Positions 40,131 through 54,723 of a stretch of 64,000 nt of DNA are shown in pieces. This DNA comes from the human T2T-CHM13v2.0 reference genome, Homo sapiens. Position numbers and translations under genes: made by a program. Position 1 is the first letter of the stretch. Every line of letters begins with the position of its first letter. Under the pieces are notes generated by a model, which was not told the origin of the DNA, did not search any database, and saw only the letters and a program-made list of their open reading frames with translations. The stretch is from assembly GCF_009914755.1 (NCBI RefSeq), contig NC_060931.1; one strand, written 5' to 3'.

Positions 40131-42699
40131 ACCAAGTAGGTAGAACACTTGGTTGAATCTTTATGCCCTATTAACTCTGCCTTTTAAAATACGGCATTTC
40201 AAGTTCTTCAAGTCTGACTCCAGTCTTGCTTTGTGGTCTCATATTCCACTAGACCTCTCCCACACTGTTTCAGCCATTTTCACTATTCAATGCCCTCTTC
40301 ATAGCAAGGCCATTCTCCCTCTTCTTACCTTAAGAAAATCTCAAGATGAGAAGATCCAGCTTATGCCAGTCACCTCTTCATGCAATCCAGATTCCCCTGG
40401 GATTCCGAACCTCCTAGTCCTACTGCATTTTATGGTTTGTACCTTCATGTTAGCATTTAACATGTTTTGGTCACTTTTTATATTCCCAACTTATAACAAC
40501 CATATGGAATGTATAAGATACTCAAAATTTTTCACGAACAAATCTTTTAGTAATAATTCCTGCATCAAGTTTTGATGCTTCTGCAGTCGAGCTAATGATC
40601 CCAATGAGTATAAGCCCTCTGAGGGCAGGGACTCAAACTGATATGTCTGTATTTTCAGGGCCCATAGAACATGGAACATCAAAGAGACCCTTGATGAATG
40701 TATGTGTTAATACTGAGGATGGTAAGTTCTTCAAAGCAAAATTGTTGCATTAATATCTTTAAAAAAATAGATATATGCCATTGAGCTCACTAGGGGAAGA
40801 AACCAAACAAATAAGGACAGGGTGTCGGAATTCACTAACAGAAAAGAACTCCCAAGACAGAAAGAGTCAAAATAGGTCTGCTGGCAATATCCAACAACTC
40901 AAGTTCAAAGACTTCAAAAACAGCCCCAAACCAACACCCAACTAACCAAACCAAAACCACAAATGACTTAAGTCATGACAAAGCATTTGGTTCCCACTTC
41001 TTGTCAATTAACCAGGATGTCTTAAAGATGAATTCTATACCAGCAATGCTAATTTTCTTCATTACACTAGCGTCTTTTGTATTGGAGAAACACTATCAGG
41101 AAAAGACAAGAACTGGTTGATTATGAGCAGTATCAAATGAGCTGTAATGGAGGTGTTACGAATGTAAATCAGCGAAGCCTGATGCAGAAAACAGCAGCAT
41201 CTGGGCATGCAGCTTGCAAAGTAATGAGACTGTGATAATGCACTACCACCCAGCTTTGATCACTTCATCTTGTTCAAGAGCTCTGCTTGGGAAACAAAGG
41301 TGTGAGGCATTGACCTCCTGCCCACAGCTTGCACAAGCACAAAACATGGTAACAGATCAAGGATCGATACCCTTCTCTCTTCTCCTCCTTGCCAACACAC
41401 CCCTTTTTCAGAACTGATGGCTTCATAGTTGGAGGCCCAGCATAAAGCAGGCCAAGCAAGCTTCTACCATATGAAGCGTCTGTCTGAACATGTCTACTAT
41501 AATTGGCAATTCATTTTTCATCCTGAAAGCAGGAACAGGTGTATGCTACCTTCGACATTCCAATCATAAACCATGCTGAATGCATCTCTCACATAGTCAG
41601 CTTTGTTGAGATCTATGCCAGTGGCTAGCCGGTGGACTTCAGAGTCTGCATAGATGGCTCTGCCTCACAAATGAATAGGCACTTGTGTAATCTCAGATGC
41701 TCAAGAGAACAAGAGGAGGAGCAAATGGCAGTGCATAAAAAATTAAAAATCTCACCACACAGCAGCAGCCCTTGGTTTTTCTTGTGTAAATAATGTAATT
41801 GGCAAATAGCTTACTTCTTTGTAATTGCAATATCCCTACAATGCATGTTTAACATACTAAAAAAGGAGGTTTTAGTCCTTGAAAAGGAGTATAAAGCCAG
41901 ATGTATCACTGCACAGTGTTTCTTGCCAGCTTCATCCAGAAACACTAGCTGAGGTGACTTGTGAAACAGAGCCAAGAGCAAGAACTCTCCTTAATGAGCA
42001 CATTTATCAGTTTTCCAGGGACTCGGTTGATTACCAGCATTTAGACATACACACTCACAAAAGGAACACAGCAATTTAACTATTGGCCACTGAATGGGAA
42101 AGCACATGAAATAATTTAAGGCAGGCATGTGAGCAAGTTGGGGATGCTTGGCGACACTAACATATGAACATGTGTGCTTTCATTTCAACATGTAAGGAAG
42201 GGCCAAGACGCAAGCTTTTACAAGTTTTCAAGCATTCTGCCAGGACTCAATAAATAGTATGAACAAATTACTGCATATGATTATTATATTGAAAAGTACC
42301 AGTGCTACTGTACAAATGTTTCATTCACAAATACTGCCTTTGAAATCCCTTTATCAAAAGTAATTTTCAAACCTTATCCAAGCCTACCTACAAGGTCCTA
42401 GGTTGAAGAGGAGGAGAGTACAACAGGCAAATGTAACTTAATGGGGGGAAAAAAGACTGATTCTTTAAGAAAATAAATAAATGAAATACAAGCAAGATTT
42501 ATCCCTCTCTATTTCTACAGTAATAAAATACTCTGAATGAACAGCCCTGACTCTGAGATAAGGGATTCAAATTCTAATGAAAAAAATATGATTATGGATA
42601 GGATTAGGAATCCTACATTTAAGACTGTGATTAAATTGAAGAAGCATTTTATCTAGGACAAATTACAGATAGAAACTGGGAATTCCCAATATTTGGGGT

Positions 42700-44030
42700 A
42701 TATTTTTTCTTAATTTAGGGTGTTTTAGGTATAATTAACACACAGGTTGAGTATCCTTTATTTGAAATGCTTGGGAATGGAAGTGTTTTTGAATTTGGGT
42801 TCTGGAATTTGGAATATTTGCATATGCATAAAGACATATCTTGGGGATGGGACCCCAACCAAAATATGGAATCCATTTATGTTTCATATATACTATACAT
42901 AGCCTGAAGGTCATTTTCTTCCTGAGGCACAGTCAACAGACTACATGTTGTGGACCTGCCTTTGACTGTGACCTGTCACATGAGGTCAGGTGTGGAATTT
43001 TCAACTTGTGGCATCATGTTGGCATGCAAAAAGTTTCCAATCTTGGAGGATTTGGGGTTTTCAGATTAGGGCTGCTCAGCCTGTATATCACAATGCACCA
43101 ATCTTCAGTGTTCATATTGTATTAGAAGTTACATACCTGTATATACTTGTAAAACTATCACTCAGAATACAACAGAATATTCCCAAAATCTCAGAAATGC
43201 TGCTTGGGTCCCTTTCCAATCAAATCTCCTCTATTCCCACCACAGGCAAATGTTGCCTATTTTTGAACATCGTTTAAATGAACCACATAGGAAGTACTGT
43301 TTTGCATCTGGCTTCTTTGTGTGTACCATGATGTTTGAGATCCATCCGTGCTGTTACATGTATCGATAGTTTGCTCTTCTCTATTGCTGAATAGTGTTCT
43401 ACTGTATGAATATAAAGTAGAAAACTGCGCTTTTTATCCCTATATTCCAATCAGCTTTGCCATCTCTCCTGCCCCTTTCTGCAGGATACCACTGAGTTGA
43501 GTGGAATACTGTCTGTTTTGTTTCTCCATTCCCTCAATGATGACCATTCGGATTGTTGCTAGTTTTTGATACTATGAATAAACCTGCTATGAACATAGGT
43601 GTACAAGTCTTTTTGTAGATGTATATTTTCATTTCTCTTGGGTAAATACCTAGGACTAGACTTGTTGCATCATACAGCAAGTGTATGCTTTACATTTATA
43701 AGGAACTGCCAACATTTTTTTTCAAAGGACTTTTGCCATTGTATACCCCCACCAGCAAAGTGAGTTCTGGTTTCTCCACAATCTTTCCAGACAATTAGTA
43801 TTGTCAGTCTTCTTGATTTTTGCCATTCCTATGTTTTAAATGTACAGTTCCCTGGTATCTAATGATGTAGAAACTCCTTTCATGTGCTATTTGGCCATTC
43901 TTACATCTTCCTTTGAAGTGTCCAAGTCTTTTGCCCATGAAAAAAATTTTCCTAATGATGTCTTAAGATGGGCAGAATTTTAAAATTTTATAAGGTCCAA
44001 TCTAACAATTTTTGTATTTTGTTTGCTTAT
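42700..44030 (-). mobile_element. Old L1M 3' region (antisense), interrupted by Tigger4 and an 83-bp local duplication
   Basis: Typical antisense L1M motifs: ttttcatttctcttgggtaaatacctagg, ctgctatgaacat, tgctatttggccatt. Confidence 0.8.
42743..43083. mobile_element. Tigger4/MER46-family DNA transposon
   Basis: TIRs caggttgagtatcc / gggctgctcagcctg; internal gacctgtcacatgaggtcaggtgtggaattttc. Confidence 0.85.
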
Positions 44031-47000
44031 CTCTTAAGAAAAATCAGAAGAGCCAGAAATAAGAATACTTGACAAGACTGAAACCATGAGGGGTGACTTG
44101 GTAATTATACATTCAAATGAGCAACAAGAATACAAGTTTAAATACAATGTATCCTGAAAGTTCTGGTTTCAATTTTAGTATGTGGTTTTACCCCAGGCAG
44201 AGTGAATGGGCAGCTAAATACATTCATAAGTTAATTATCTGACTGAAACCAGGGAAGGGCTGATAGCATCTGGGATAGGCTTACCAAACTCTGGAGTGAT
44301 AAGACATAATTAATTTGATGTTATACTATGGCTGAACCTATATAATGTTCCAGAAACTACCCTGAGCTACCATTTTTATGTGTAGATAACTTCTTTGATA
44401 AAATCTTTAACTGTGCTCAAGTCCTAAGATTGTTAACTTTGCATATCTGACATAAGGACAGAATTTAAATTCTACCTTCTAGAAGTCTTTCTGGATATCT
44501 TATAACAGGGCAGGTCAGTCAGACAATTAACTCTTAACTTGGCTTCCTACAAGTTTCACTGTAGCTTAGTTGCACTCAAAACGCAAAATATGTTTTCTTA
44601 TCTTTGAAAGCATGATTTTTAACTGAAGCCCTTAACAAGTAAATGAATTCTAGTTGGAATTGGCAAGAGGACAAACCTAGTAGTCTCAGTTAGAAATGTC
44701 TTTTCCAACTGTGAGCTGTGTAGTTAATTACTCAAGTAAGCAAGGATCAATAAACAAATTCCAAAATATCATGTACCCTAGAACTCAGAATGATCTCATT
44801 TAAAATATTATGATACAAGGAAGGAAATAAGCTATCATTTTGGCAGAATCTTCATTTATCTAACTAACAGTGTGCAATTAATATTTCATATAACCATGTA
44901 GGGTATACTAGATTCTTAATGGATCGTATTGATTAAGAAGAAAGTTCAATACTGATGTTCCTGCTGGGGAAGACAGAATGATTTGTTAGCTCACACAGAA
45001 CGAATCATGAATCCAGGAGTGTATGGCCACAAACCTAAGAGCTGCCACAAGAATGGTTTGATCATTTACATGTTTACACATAAACCACTTATACGAAAGG
45101 AAAGAAGATGCTTGGTGCAACACCAATAAACCCCAACTGCCACAGCAAGAACAGAGAAGAATGCTCCAGGTCATGGACTTACGAAGGACGTGGCCAATCT
45201 GGCTGCACCATCAGCAGCTTATTTCACCAGCTGAGATTCCTTTACACCCTATGCTGAAGTGATGGAAAAAAGTTTCCAAAGTGACCCTTTTGGTCTTGTG
45301 ACCATGTTCATGAGATGGCTGCATTTTGCATTGTCTTTTTAGAGAAATTAACAATACTCTCTTGTCCTTGGTGTACACTCCTGCTCCTGCCCTTTTTATC
45401 CCTATATTCCCAATCAGCTTTGCCATCTGCCCTGCCCTTTTCTGCAGGATACCACTGAGTTGAGTGGAATACTGTGGCGACCAGTCATGGAGTAGAGAGA
45501 TAATGCAGATGGAAATCTCTCTTGTTAATGTTTCTTGACATTTACTTCTATTATCTTAGAAAATAGTATTTAGACCAAGTATAGAGATCTCACCCAAGGA
45601 ACTAAAAAGAAAGTAAATAACTAACCAGGCAGATCTGATTTGAAGGGCTCCAATTTTAGAAGGGGGGAAAAAGCATTAATACCGAAGCTTTCTTTGTAAA
45701 TATAACCAATTCTAAATGGGTATCGTAAGAAATACTGTTAAATATTGGCATGCTCCAAAGCCAGTCTCACTTTCCTTGGACTAATTTGTTGCTTGGTGGG
45801 AGGTGGACAGACAAACAAACCAGGCAGATTGACAGCTTGGGAGCTGGCACTACCTTACATATCCCCGATGAGATACGGAAGGAGCTGCATCATCTACAAC
45901 TTTCCTAAAATGGGAGCCACTATCTTGCAGTTGAATAAAACAACTTACGACCATTTTTTAGATAAGGATCAAAGACAACTTTCTCAGTTAACTTTTAAAC
46001 TTTCTCAGCTTATATGCCCTACAGAAGGTGACAGTTATAATTTACATTTTATAGATGGAAGACACAAGTCAAAGACATAATAAATAACCTGCCTGAGGAA
46101 TTTTGTGTTCTAAATAACCGAGTCCATGTGACAGCCAAATGTGTATTTGCCATTAGCTTCATATACAAAGTATATTCATAAGTACATTAACATCTTTCTT
46201 CAATTTCAGAAATGAAATCCTCCTCCAGCAGCACATTTGCAAATTCCAGAGGGGACATGATATACTATGGAAGTTGACATAGGTGAGCTGATGTTTTAAA
46301 AACAAAAACCAACAAATAACTCGAAACTTCTAAAGACGTAATTGTAACCAAGAGGCTTGTGCACAAAGGGTACAGGTATATTTACTTTATCTAGAATTTT
46401 GCCTCTTCAATTACTAAGTCTCTTACTGAATAATCAAGATGTTACTTGGCTCCAAGGACCGTGGGGAATAAAATGTCACCACTGCAGCTGCTATATTTCT
46501 TGCTCACAGCCCTTCAAATTAAAAAAGGGGGAAAAAAGGCCCAATACAAATGCAGAATTTAATTAGTTAGTAAAAGCCCAAATCCTTGCCTGAAGCCCTG
46601 TTCTTCCTGTAATATCGCATTCTTTTCTTCTTGTGTAAACTTTTCATTATGAAGGAGACATCTTTATAATACAATAACTCTAGTTATAATGTAACTGCTG
46701 GTAACATAACTCCTGCATTAGAGAAGGCAGCATGTTCAAGTAATGTTGTTTTAATACAATTTGTGTTCAGCAGAAACCAAGTCAACTTGATCATTTAGAA
46801 TTTGATCAATGTGAATTAGTGTCTTACTGAGATACACCATTTGATCATTTCAAAACTGATCAATGAGAATCAGAGATAAAACATTTATCATGTACATTTG
46901 GTATATTAGATCCATTCACACAGCACTAAAGTAGGTTATAAGTAGACATCAATACGTGTTAGAGAAGATGTTCAGGATACCTGTCAGCTGCAGATACAAA

Positions 47001-49959
47001 TACACGTGAAACAGCATATAATTTTAATACTTTTGATAAGGCATGTTACTCAATAAGGGAGCTGGAGTCACTGACAAATTGCAAGAACTCAACTTCAGAG
47101 AAACTAGAAAGAGAAGCACAGAACTTAATAGCTCAAACTTTTGAAATAAGTTTTAATTAAAAGTTTAAGAAGAAAGATAAGTAACATAAATTTACCTGAT
47201 TAAACTTCTAGAAGAATTTTAAGACTATTAATCAGAGTAAACTTTGTACTTTTAGTACAATTAGTTCTATTAATCTAATATTTCCAAAATGAGGTTGCAT
47301 TGACATTCAGGCTCACTGGCTTATGCATCTAGCAGAATTATAAATTTGCCAGTCAAAACCGTATTTAATTATTTTACAGCCAATTAAGCAGGATCTTTAA
47401 ACACCATTGCTTAAAACTGTCCATGATACACATGTGTAATTATACAGAACATGAGAAACACCTGCTGATACTATTGGCGTGTCTTCCTCGGCTTCACCAA
47501 TTCATCCGTAATATAGCTATTAAAATATTACATCCAAAAAAGAAACTAAACAATATTGCCAGTGAAAGTGCAACCCCTAAAAAAGAAAAAAAAATCAAGG
47601 ACATTTTAAAGTCAAAGGGTTTTACATTGAAGAAAACCTTTAAAGATGGTAATATTTACAAAATCCATTTTATCTGTATGAGTTCTGCATAGTATTCCTC
47701 AGATACTCTAAAATCACCTAAACTACTTTTACAGGGTAACTAATCTTTTAATACTTTATAAGGATAACCTAAGCTTCTTCTATGAGCCTAAATTTATAAG
47801 TCAGGTTTCAACAACTTCATTCAGGGATAAAAGCGAAAACCCCTCTAAAATCTGGCACACAAAGGAGTATTACTGGTATTCACTTCCAAGTTCATAGACT
47901 TGTACTTCTTTAGAAGTGCTTCTTCTTTCACAGAAACTGAAGCCATGTTAAAAAGTTGTACCTCTAATGAAATCATTCCAAAAATATTTTCAATAGATCT
48001 ATGTCACTTTCCATGCATATTTTTTCTTTCTTTTATGGAAAATAGAAACTCGCCACTTCATTATGTAAAGGACAGAATGAGAATGAAGTATCAATTGTCC
48101 TGTAAAATGCTTTTCATTTGTTTACTATCACATTGTCTTTACCATGCCTATATTGCCTTTAAAATATTTAACATGTCTTTGATATTTGCTTTACATTTAC
48201 TTGATATTTGCTTTTCTATTTTAAAAACAATTCACATGCATAAACACTCTGGTAACATCTTCTTTCTATAGGTGTGGCATATCAGCTCCAATGTAGCCAC
48301 AGAGATCTGATTCTGACATTGACCAAGAAACAGGAGGCCGGCAGCACTCCAGCTACATTGCTGTGAGGCTTCTCTTACATGCTATTCTATCATGAGTGCT
48401 TTATGTGCCGGTCATCCTGGCTAGAGTATGAGCTCCATAAGGGTAAGAACTCCTTCTAATGTGCTAGAGGTTTAGCAGCATCTAGAATTTGTTTAAAAAC
48501 AAATACAGAGATTTCTCCGATAGCACATAGTTTCATAACTTTTGATAATCAAATGCAGTATTTATTACTTTGTGCTAGGTCTGTGTTAAGAACTACACAT
48601 GTAACATTATTAAAATAATACTTTGTTTAATTAATTACCTATGAGGTACAGCATAAGGATTAATATAAAATATAATTTGCATTAGGATGAGCTGTAACAT
48701 TACTAGCGCCATATAATAGAAACTAGCACCCTAAGTTGTTATAAAATGCGACATGAAGTGTTGACAATTACTGTTTTAGTTGGATTGAGAAAAGAAAAGG
48801 TATTCCTTTTGAATTAAGGTTACATATAAGAAGAATGCTGGATTTGCTCAGTGATTTAGGTTTTAGAGCTAAAATTTTAAATCTATTGTGGGAAAATAAA
48901 CAGTCCAAATTATCTTCGAATCCCTTAGTTCCCACTGAAATCATGGTAAGTAATATTTTTAATAACTTGATATGCATTGGAAATGTAATCACCCCAAAAG
49001 AGGAGAACTAACTTTGAATTTTTTAAAAAGATCATCATTTAAAAAGTTTGTCTTCCTTTTGTTTTTCTCTGATGAACTCTGAGTTCCACACTAGTAATAA
49101 GATCCTGGCCTGTTTTCTTAGTTGTATATTCAGGCTTGGCTTGTCACACAGGGGCTCTATGAATGAATGATGTGTGGATAAAGTAGGAGAAACAATCCAT
49201 TAATTCTCAAAGTATTTTACTGCCAAAACTATACATTGAGGGGCTGAAGTATGAGTTAATATCTTAAGCATCCCTAAAATAATTCGATTAGCTATCCTGG
49301 TAGGTTACATTAATATGCTGGTGTTAGTCATGGGCAGCTTCAAATGCTCTTAGCTTTCTTTCTCTTTACAGTGATTTGTATGACCCCTGATCAGGTATAT
49401 AATATTGCCCTTGACACTGCACTTTAAAAAGCTTCTATCTCCTGTAACCAAGATGCACATAAATGAATCCTACTTTCATCAGATACAATTAACTAAATTC
49501 TCCTCAAAGTCCTTCAGAACTTGTTGCCTAAGAGGAACTGTTGAGTTCCGGTTCAGGTTCAAGATAGAGCTCCTCAAGGTGATGCTTACAGGTGCTAAGC
49601 TGGTCATACAGATAGGAGCCAGTGAAAATAATCTGACCAGGCGAAAAACCCCTGTCATGCAATGCAAATATTATATATTGTCTTACAAAAGTCCTGATTA
49701 TCTGAGATGGCCAAATTTCTAAAAAGAAATAGCAGTCTACTAAGTAATCTCTGTGCCTTCAAAGATGGTAAGCATCTCCTATACCCAATGTACTATCACT
49801 TCCTAGGTGTGAAGCTAATGAACTCACTGCAAATCAAAATACAACATTCTAGGAAGCTCAGCCTAGCAGGAAGTAGCTGGGAGAAAAAACGATATAATGA
49901 AAGCCACTCCCTAAAAAACTAGCTATTAGAATTTCTTCAAAGTGTGTTAAAACCTAGGT

Positions 49960-50466
49960 TTTGTGTGCAATGGAGTTAGTCAAAACGCAAAAATCCAAGG
50001 GCACAGTCCCCAAGATTGCTCTCACTTCTGACACATCAACAGCAAGTTTGCAGAGCGGGGGAGGGAGGGTCCAAACCAGCCAAAATTCAATGGTTCAATA
50101 ATTCACTGAAAGAACTCAGAACTCACTGTAAGCTGTTAAACTCAGTTATGGTTTACTATAGGGCAATGATACAGAAAATCAGCCAAAGGAAGAGATGCAT
50201 AGGACTGAGCCTGGGGGTTTCCAAATGCAAAGCTTCCAATGTCCTTAGGACCTGCTGCCCTCCTGGTATCAATGTGTGACAGTGCCCATGGAGTCCTGTC
50301 AACCAGGAAAGCTCACCTGAGCAGCACTGTTCAGAGTTTTATTGGAGCCTCATTAAACTGCTTGACTGATGGTCCACATGATAAACTCACCTCCCCAGAG
50401 GCTGAACTGATACCACATGGTCCAAGGGGCCCAGCAAGAATAGCAATTTCTTTTTTTTCCTCTCAT

Positions 50467-50505
<39 letters not shown>

Positions 50506-50905
50506 GAGACAGGGTCTTGATCTGTTGCCCAGGCTGGAAGGCAGTGGTGCTATCTCAGCTCACTGCAACCTTTGCCTCCTAGGCTCAGGTGATCCTCCCA
50601 CCTGAGCCTCCCTCCCCAGTGGCTGGGACTATAGGCATGCGCCACCACACCTGGTTAATTTTTGTATTTTTTTTTTTTTGTAAAGACAGGGATTCACCAT
50701 GTTGGACAGGCTGGTCTCAAAATCCTGGGGTCAAGCAATCCACCCGCCTCGGCCTCCCTAAGTGCTGGGATTACAGGCATGAGCCACCTCGCCTGGCTGA
50801 GAATAACAATTTCTATCACTAGGAAATTCGAAGGATTTAGAATTTCTCAGGAGCTTGGTCCAAAATCCAGACCTCTCTTTGGCCAAGGCCAATTTCTTAC
50901 TACAC
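49960..50905. mobile_element. ERV LTR (MER21-like), split by an AluJ
   Basis: ctcacttctgacac...agaactcactg...gttatggtttactat...aaaatcagccaaaggaagag, ending tcttactacaca. Subfamily tentative. Confidence 0.65.
50451..50798 (-). mobile_element. AluJ with (TTTA)n tail
   Basis: Antisense Alu; TSD agaatagcaatttct / agaataacaatttct. Confidence 0.93.
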
Positions 50906-51235
50906 AGTTTGGCCATATTATTAATTATTCTTGAATAATATTTAATAGGTAAGACAGAATGATGCTGTTGAGGTTCTGTTTAAAACAAAGCCTAACTTAC
51001 AGGGCCCTGCTGACTTGCAGGAGGTCAGCCATCATGATGTCAACGTTGTGCTTCCCGTGGCCTCTCGCACTCCAAACCTAGTTCAGGCTGAATGACATGG
51101 CAGCTGGGCAGAGATTCAGGACAGAGATTTTTGCATCTAAAATCCAGACCTATCTTTCTCTATGAAATCCACTCTCCACTGATTTTCCAATCTGCTAACC
51201 TCATAATTCTGGTTCTTTTGCCCCCTTTATCTAAA

Positions 51236-51943
<708 letters not shown>

Positions 51944-51994
51944 TAAACTTTCAACAACTTTTTTTTTCTCTTGCACTTGTAGAGACTTCCCATC

Positions 51995-52291
51995 TGATTG
52001 TTTTTTCTTTTTCTTCTTTTAAGACATAATCTCACTCTGTGACTGGAGTGCAATGGCACAATCATAGCTCACTGCAGTCCTGGGTTCAAGCAGTCTGCCA
52101 CTTCAGCCTCTCCAATAGCTGGGACCACCAGTATATGCCCCTACAACTGGCTAATTTTTAAGTTGTTCTTTTGTAGATACAGGGTCTCACTATGTTGACC
52201 AGGCTGGTTTTGAACTTCAGGCCTCAAGCGATCCTCCTGCCTCAGCCTCTCAAAATGCTGGGATTACAGGTGTGAACCACCACAGCTGACC
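51995..52291 (-). mobile_element. AluJ
   Basis: Diverged antisense Alu with atcatagctcactgcag. Confidence 0.9.
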
Positions 52292-53915
52292 TTATCTCAT
52301 TCTTCAAGTTCTTATTTTTCATGTCTCCAACTAAACCTCACATCCACTGCCAGGTTACTTTTCCTTCAGGAGCCCAGAAATCAGAGTGCTCATCTGGTCA
52401 AACATCTTCCCATGACTCATTGCTCAATGAAGACCAAACTTCACAGCCCAGCAGCTAATGACCCACTGACCTTTCCAGTTTTATCTTGCACCAGTCTTTC
52501 TGACTCAAGACACTGCTTTGTCACCCACCAACTACAGAGCACAGTTTTCCTTCTGAATATCTTTCCCGTCCACCTACTCAATACTCTTCTTAAAGGCTCA
52601 ACTAAAAAGTCATCTTCTTTATGAAAACTTCACAGATCACTCTAGTCAAAATTGATCTCTAATGTATCCGAAATTTAGCTGTTTTTATAGCTATTGTCTT
52701 AGAATAAAGAAATATTCGGGGAGCCAACTCGAAGGTTCTCATGGGATAGAGACAAAAAAAGGTTTACCACCTAAAAAAAAGTCATTATATCATTAGGGAG
52801 AAAAATAAACACCTAACTTAAAATAATATATGTAGAGTAACTTAAAAAATCTATAACCAGTTCTATTAATATGTCTAAATTCTTAAGATCTCACATTAAT
52901 CTCTAATAGTGAGACTTGTGGCCCATCCTTGGAAGGTCTCTCTCTGCTGCCTCTAAAGAGATAGTTCACTACAGAAGGCTGAAGGGCTTTGGCTCTTTAA
53001 ATAAACCTCAAACTACCTTTAATTTTTAAAAAATTTTATTTTAATCCACATTACAATAACACTAATATCCATTAACACACAAATTGTACTGTAGCAGAAA
53101 GTAGTAATTCCACCTTAGGGTTTAATCATTTTATCAAATGCTTGTAAACATGTGCAAGGAAGGAGGTCAGAGCCCGATGCAATCTTTCAACTAAAGCTGT
53201 CACAACAACTTTTTTTGCTTCACTAATTTGCGCATGTGCTACTAATAGAGGTTACACAATAGGACTATTTATATACTCAGAAAAATTCTGAATGATGTCT
53301 TCTAACCTAATGTGAGAACTGGCAGCAAAGGGAAAGTACAAAGCTATGGGACACGGACACTTTGATCCATCAATTACAGAACATTCATTTAAACACTCCA
53401 AGGATTAAGAGAGGTAGCAATTTAACATCACCTTCATAATCAAGGGCCAGGTAACGTCTATGATTTAAAGCCTTTCAAGGTACATGTGAAGAAATGAAAA
53501 CAGCCTAACCACGAGAAAGGCAGATACCCAAATTTGGACATGCCCATCATTTTATTATACAAAAGTGAATGGTTTCTATGTTTCCCTTAATACAGTAGCA
53601 ATTTAACATGACCTTCATAATCAAGAGCATTCTATTTTATATATTATTACAAATGATAATACTATTACCATTGCTTTCAATTTCCCCCTAGTTCATAAAA
53701 TACATGGATTTGTAACAAGCTTTCATCAAATGCCTTTGTCTTGGCATCTGAATTCCAGTATAGCAGATAACATGGCCCCCATCTCAACCACCCCAAAACT
53801 CTTCCAAGTATTCTAGAGTGCTATATAACAAACTATGATCTGTGCAAAAAGCACTAAAACTGTGCTTTCATCTTGTTAAGAATAGTAAATAATTATAATA
53901 CTATTAAAAACTTAC

Positions 53916-53986
53916 TTGAACTTTGCTTCCACCTCTTCAGCAGCTTTCTGATATTGTTCAGTGGTGACTCTGTAGAACTCTGAGCT
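53916..53986 (-). CDS. CHCHD3: CHCHD3 internal exon (71 nt), coiled-coil region SSEFYRVTTEQYQKAAEEVEAKF(K)
   Basis: tctttgtccacAG|AGC TCA GAG TTC...AAG TTC AA|GTaagt. The terminal AA joins the first G of the next exon to make AAG (Lys). This frame is not shown in the ORF track. Confidence 0.96.
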
Positions 53987-54400
53987 CTGTGGACAAAGAT
54001 TGATAGCAAAGGTTTCACTATCCAAGATGACAAAATGTGTGGAAGATTTACAACTTCAAAAAACACATAAAACCTTGTTTCAGCCACTCAAGCAGTAGAA
54101 GACTTTCTTGTATAGGTGGCATGGATACTTATAAAACACATGTAAAGCTACTCATTTAAATAACAGTAGAGTTGTTGGTATGCGGATTATAATTACAGAG
54201 TAAACGTTCACAGTTACAGTTCCTTATCATTTGATCCTTTGGAGAAAATTCCTAACATTTTGGAAAGATTCTTTAGATTGCCATTATTTGGAATCTACCC
54301 TTGTAAGATCAAAGGATGCCTGAGATCAAAAACTGAAATTCACACACATTCGTATTTATATATTATTCCATTGGTGTTCCTACTAGGATATTAAAGATCA

Positions 54401-54723
<323 letters not shown>

